DNA of 64,000 nt from an uncultured bacterium (GTDB lineage: Bacteria > Verrucomicrobiota > Verrucomicrobiia > Verrucomicrobiales > DEV007): the NCBI GenBank assembly GCA_963977015.1, contig CAXBMO010000007.1, forward strand, positions 128,001 to 192,000, given 5' to 3'. Of this stretch, positions 60,616-64,000 are shown piece by piece. Each line of letters begins with the position of its first letter. Position 1 is the first letter of the stretch. Position numbers and translations under genes: made by a program. The notes beneath the pieces were generated by a model. It saw nothing but the letters and a program-made list of their open reading frames with translations. It was not told where the DNA came from and made no database searches.

Positions 60616-60897
60616 CTATTCGACCCACTTTCCTGCCGCGTCCGTGATGACAACGCGCTCCTCATCAACGCTCTTCACCAACTTCGACGCGACCCGCAGC
60701 GCATCGATCAAGCTGTCAATCTGCTCAAACTGCATCATGGGTCCACCGGATCGAACGTTGACTGAAAACGGGGGCAGAAATTCGCTGGAAGGAATGGTTT
60801 CCGGTGTGTCTTCGTCGCCGCTCGACACCTCGACATCGCCTTGGCCAAACTTCCGCCGAACCATGGAAAAAAACGATCGCACAATGGGTTTCACCAT
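60616..60897 (-). CDS. Hypothetical protein
   Basis: ATG preceded by AAGGA; fills the gap between the hydrolase and phoD. Confidence 0.5.
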   Translation of the reverse strand: MVKPIVRSFFSMVRRKFGQGDVEVSSGDEDTPETIPSSEFLPPFSVNVRSGGPMMQFEQIDSLIDALRVASKLVKSVDEERVVITDAAGKWVE

Positions 60898-60983
60898 TGA
60901 TTCCTTACGCCTGATTGCAGCCGAGAGAGACATCCAGACATTGGCTTGCACAAGTCGCCCCGCGATCGCTATGCTGCGAGAAC

Positions 60984-62012
60984 ATGACCGCAATCCTTTC
61001 CCTCATTCTCCTGGTTCTTGTCACCACCGCGACGGGAGAAGAACCTCTCAGCCGAATCCATTTCGGCTCATGCATTAAACAGGAACAACCCCTGCCGATC
61101 TTCCAAACGATTCTGGCTGATGAACCGGAGTTGTTCCTCTTTCTCGGCGATAATATTTATGCGGACACAGACGATATGGCGGTGATGCGGGCGAAGTATG
61201 CCAAGCTGAACCAGGATCCGGGATTCTCGTTATTGCGGGCGAGTTGCCCGATCCTGGCAACTTGGGATGATCATGATTTTGGGAAGAACGATGCGGGAGC
61301 GGAGTATCCGCACAAGGCGGCGGCGCAGCGGATTTTCATGGATTTTTGGGGTGAGGCGCCGGGTTCACCGAGGAGGATGCGGGAGGGAATTTATGATGCG
61401 GTGAGGATTGGGCCCGAAGGGAAACGGGTGCAGGTGATCCTGCTGGATTGCCGCTATTTTCGCGGGCCGCTGAAAACCGGGGAGCGGCGCGTTGGCGGGA
61501 AATACTATCCTGACGCGAATCCTGAGATTCCGATGTTGGGCGAGGCGCAGTGGGCTTGGTTGGAGGCGGAGTTTCGCAAGCCGGCAGAGCTGCGAATCTT
61601 GGCAACGGGAATTCAGTTCCTCGCGGAGGCGGCGGGGCAGGAGACGTGGTCGAATCTGCCGAGCGAGCGACGACGGATGATCGATCTCATCGCGAAGACG
61701 CAGGCAGGTGGAGTGATTTTTTTAAGTGGCGACCGCCATTGGGCGGATCTGTCCGTGCAGACGGAGGAGGTGCCGTATCCGCTCTATGATTTGACGTCCA
61801 GCGCGTTGAATCAGATCCATCCTCGCGGCACGCCAACCGAGAATCGATTTCGGGCGATCAAGGCTCCCAAATCGACATATCACCAGCCGAATTACGGAGT
61901 GGTCGGGATTGATTGGGAAACGTCCACCGTCCAGTTGGAGATTCGCGATGCGGCCGGCAAGACACAGATTTCGCGTCAGGTATCGCTGGAGGCGTTGCGA
62001 CAAGCGCCGTGA
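60984..62012 (+). CDS. phoD: Alkaline phosphatase D family protein
   Basis: FGSC, LGDNIYAD, TWDDHD, LLDCRYFR, LGEAQWAWL, LSGDRH; start placed at MTAILS signal peptide. Confidence 0.9.
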   Translation: MTAILSLILLVLVTTATGEEPLSRIHFGSCIKQEQPLPIFQTILADEPELFLFLGDNIYADTDDMAVMRAKYAKLNQDPGFSLLRASCPILATWDDHDFGKNDAGAEYPHKAAAQRIFMDFWGEAPGSPRRMREGIYDAVRIGPEGKRVQVILLDCRYFRGPLKTGERRVGGKYYPDANPEIPMLGEAQWAWLEAEFRKPAELRILATGIQFLAEAAGQETWSNLPSERRRMIDLIAKTQAGGVIFLSGDRHWADLSVQTEEVPYPLYDLTSSALNQIHPRGTPTENRFRAIKAPKSTYHQPNYGVVGIDWETSTVQLEIRDAAGKTQISRQVSLEALRQAP

Positions 62013-62020
62013 GATCCACT

Positions 62021-63703
62021 TTAATGGGCGCGCGCTTTCTCGCGAATCTCAATCACGCGCTTCATGACGTGGCTGAGTTTTCCTGACCAATCCGCGGTGC
62101 CAAACGCATCGTGAAGCGTGCGATACAGTTCGTAGATCTCTGCGTAGACGGCTTGGTTGGTTGGATCCGGCGTATAGACCCGGTCGCGGAATCCGCAGAC
62201 GCCGCTTTGGGCTTCCTCGATTGTGATTTGGCCGCTGGAGACGGCACCGAAAATGGCGGCTCCCAGGGCACAGGTTTGATCGCTTTTGGCGACTTTGAGC
62301 GGACGACCGATGATGTCGGCATAGATCTGCATGAGGGTGGCGTTCTTCGTGGACAAACCGCCGGTGTTGATGACCTCATCGACCTTGACGCCATATTCCT
62401 CCATCCGGTTGATGATGGTGAGGGCGCCGAAGGCTGTGGCCTCGATCAAGGCGCGATAAATTTCATGGGCTTGGGTGTGGAGAGTTTGGCCGAGGAGCAA
62501 TCCGCTGAGCCGCACATCCACGAGGATGGTGCGATTGCCGTTGTTCCAATCGAGGGCGAGAAGGCCGGTTTCGCCAGGCTTGAGCTTGGATAGCTCGGCT
62601 TCCATCTTTTGGAATTTTTCGTCCATGGAAACTCCGTATTTGTCGGGAACCAGATTGTTCACGAACCAGAGAAACATGTCGCCAACCGCGGATTGCCCGG
62701 CTTCGATTCCATAATACCCGGGAAGAACCGAGCCATCGACAATACCGCAAACGCCGGGAAGCTCGTCGAGCTTGCGCGAAGTCGGCGCGACGGTGACGTC
62801 GCAGGTGCTGGTCCCGAGAATTTTAACGAGGGTGCCTTCTTTTACGCCGGCACCGACGGCTCCCATGTGGGCGTCGAAGGCTCCGACACTGACGGCAGTT
62901 CCCTCAGGCAATCCAAGTTTGGCGGCCCATTCCGCAGTCAGGCCTCCAGCCTTGGTGTCGGCCGTTTGCGCCGATGAATAGAGCCGGTCGCGCAATGCCG
63001 CGAGGTCGGGATCGAGCTGGGCGAGAAATTCCGCGTCGGGAAGTCCTCCCCAGTCCTCACAATACATTGCCTTGTGACCGGCGGAGCAAATGCCACGCGC
63101 CATCGTTTCCGGCTTGGTGTTTCCGGTGAGAACGGCGGGCAGCCAATCGCAGTGCTCCACCCAACTGTAGGCGGCGGCGAACACGTCCGGAGCGACATTT
63201 TTGCAACGCCAGATTTTGCTCCACCACCATTCGGAGGAATAGATGCCTCCACATTTGGCGAGATATTGGGGCCGTTCGTTCGCGGCAAGTTCCGTGATTT
63301 TGGCGGCTTCGTCATGCCCGGTGTGATCTTTCCAAAGCCAAACCATCGCATCGAGATTGTCCCGAAATTCAGGTTTGAGGCCCAGAGGCGTTCCCTCTGC
63401 ATCGACCGGGATTGGCGTGCTGCCGGTCGTATCGATTCCGATTCCAATGATGCTGGCAGGATCAAAGCCGGGATCCGCTTGCCGGGCCTGTTCGATCGCG
63501 CCCTTGATGATGACCTCCAGTCCATCGAGGTAATCCTGTGGATTTTGGCGGGCCACATTCGGGTCCTTTGTCGTCAGGATACCGAGTTCTCCAGATGGAT
63601 ACGGGAAGACGACAGAGCCGAGTTCCGCGCCGGTTTCGAGGTTTACGAGCAACGAGCGGCACGAGTTGGTGCCGTAGTCCAGGCCAAGGGCATGTTTGTC
63701 CAT
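62021..63703 (-). CDS. araB: Ribulokinase
   Basis: LGLDYGTNS, ARQNPQDY, DTTGSTP, LWKDHT, YSSEW, AGHKAM, FDAHMGA, ALDWNNGNRT. Confidence 0.93.
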   Translation of the reverse strand: MDKHALGLDYGTNSCRSLLVNLETGAELGSVVFPYPSGELGILTTKDPNVARQNPQDYLDGLEVIIKGAIEQARQADPGFDPASIIGIGIDTTGSTPIPVDAEGTPLGLKPEFRDNLDAMVWLWKDHTGHDEAAKITELAANERPQYLAKCGGIYSSEWWWSKIWRCKNVAPDVFAAAYSWVEHCDWLPAVLTGNTKPETMARGICSAGHKAMYCEDWGGLPDAEFLAQLDPDLAALRDRLYSSAQTADTKAGGLTAEWAAKLGLPEGTAVSVGAFDAHMGAVGAGVKEGTLVKILGTSTCDVTVAPTSRKLDELPGVCGIVDGSVLPGYYGIEAGQSAVGDMFLWFVNNLVPDKYGVSMDEKFQKMEAELSKLKPGETGLLALDWNNGNRTILVDVRLSGLLLGQTLHTQAHEIYRALIEATAFGALTIINRMEEYGVKVDEVINTGGLSTKNATLMQIYADIIGRPLKVAKSDQTCALGAAIFGAVSSGQITIEEAQSGVCGFRDRVYTPDPTNQAVYAEIYELYRTLHDAFGTADWSGKLSHVMKRVIEIREKARAH

Positions 63704-63742
63704 GTCACGTCGTAACACGGGATCGATTTGAGGGCAAGCCGA

Positions 63743-64000
63743 CTAGCGGAAGACGTCGATGTAAATGTTGGCGCAATCCTTGGGTGAACGGGCGATCACC
63801 AGCCGGGAGGCGCGCGAATAAAAGCGATTTGCCTCGCTACCATTCAGGGGAATCGGTTTCGTCTCGGCCGCTTGCTGGGCTTGTTGCAGTTTTTCCGGGC
63901 CGCCACCTTCGTATTCCTTGGCCAGCCCCTCGTAGATGGCTCCCTGATAGAAGTGAAAACGCTCCTCCTTGACGGAATCGATCGTGGAATTGGGGTTCTG
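63743..64000 (-). CDS. C-terminal end of a hypothetical protein (runs off the window)
   Basis: Open frame from 64000 to TAG at 63743: QNPNSTIDSVKEERFHFYQG...NIYIDVFR*. Confidence 0.65.
   Translation of the reverse strand, partial: QNPNSTIDSVKEERFHFYQGAIYEGLAKEYEGGGPEKLQQAQQAAETKPIPLNGSEANRFYSRASRLVIARSPKDCANIYIDVFR

Overview
64 kb of bacterial chromosome, very probably PVC superphylum (Verrucomicrobiota-like). This rests on a PVC-type heme-binding CxxCH/HEAT protein, planctomycete-type cytochrome c domains, an ASPIC/UnbV FG-GAP protein, a LEPR-XLL motif protein, sulfatases and a PQQ-like propeller. Most of the window is housekeeping or metabolic: ribF, tdh, argC, mtnA, iscS-like, fabH, plsX-rpmF-yceD, aat, selB, pntAA/AB/B, nadD, 5-oxoprolinase, moxR-DUF58, phoD and araB. 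I found no rRNA, tRNA or CRISPR array by eye. The best candidate for an undescribed system is a compact three-gene module at 1259-4717 (small basic putative DNA-binding protein, large P-loop ATPase, Cas4/AddB-like 4-Cys PD-(D/E)xK nuclease) that looks like an uncharacterised defence or DNA-processing system. Other points of note: a PhnCDE-like ABC transporter directly upstream of selB (likely selenium oxyanion uptake), a Y1 HUH transposase between inverted three-hairpin REP-like units plus a second, internally deleted copy, a DUF116-polyprenyl synthase fusion, an apparent inversion splitting plsX from fabH, and a 59-aa membrane ORF missed by the ORF track. All product calls come from motif recognition by eye; no database search was run.
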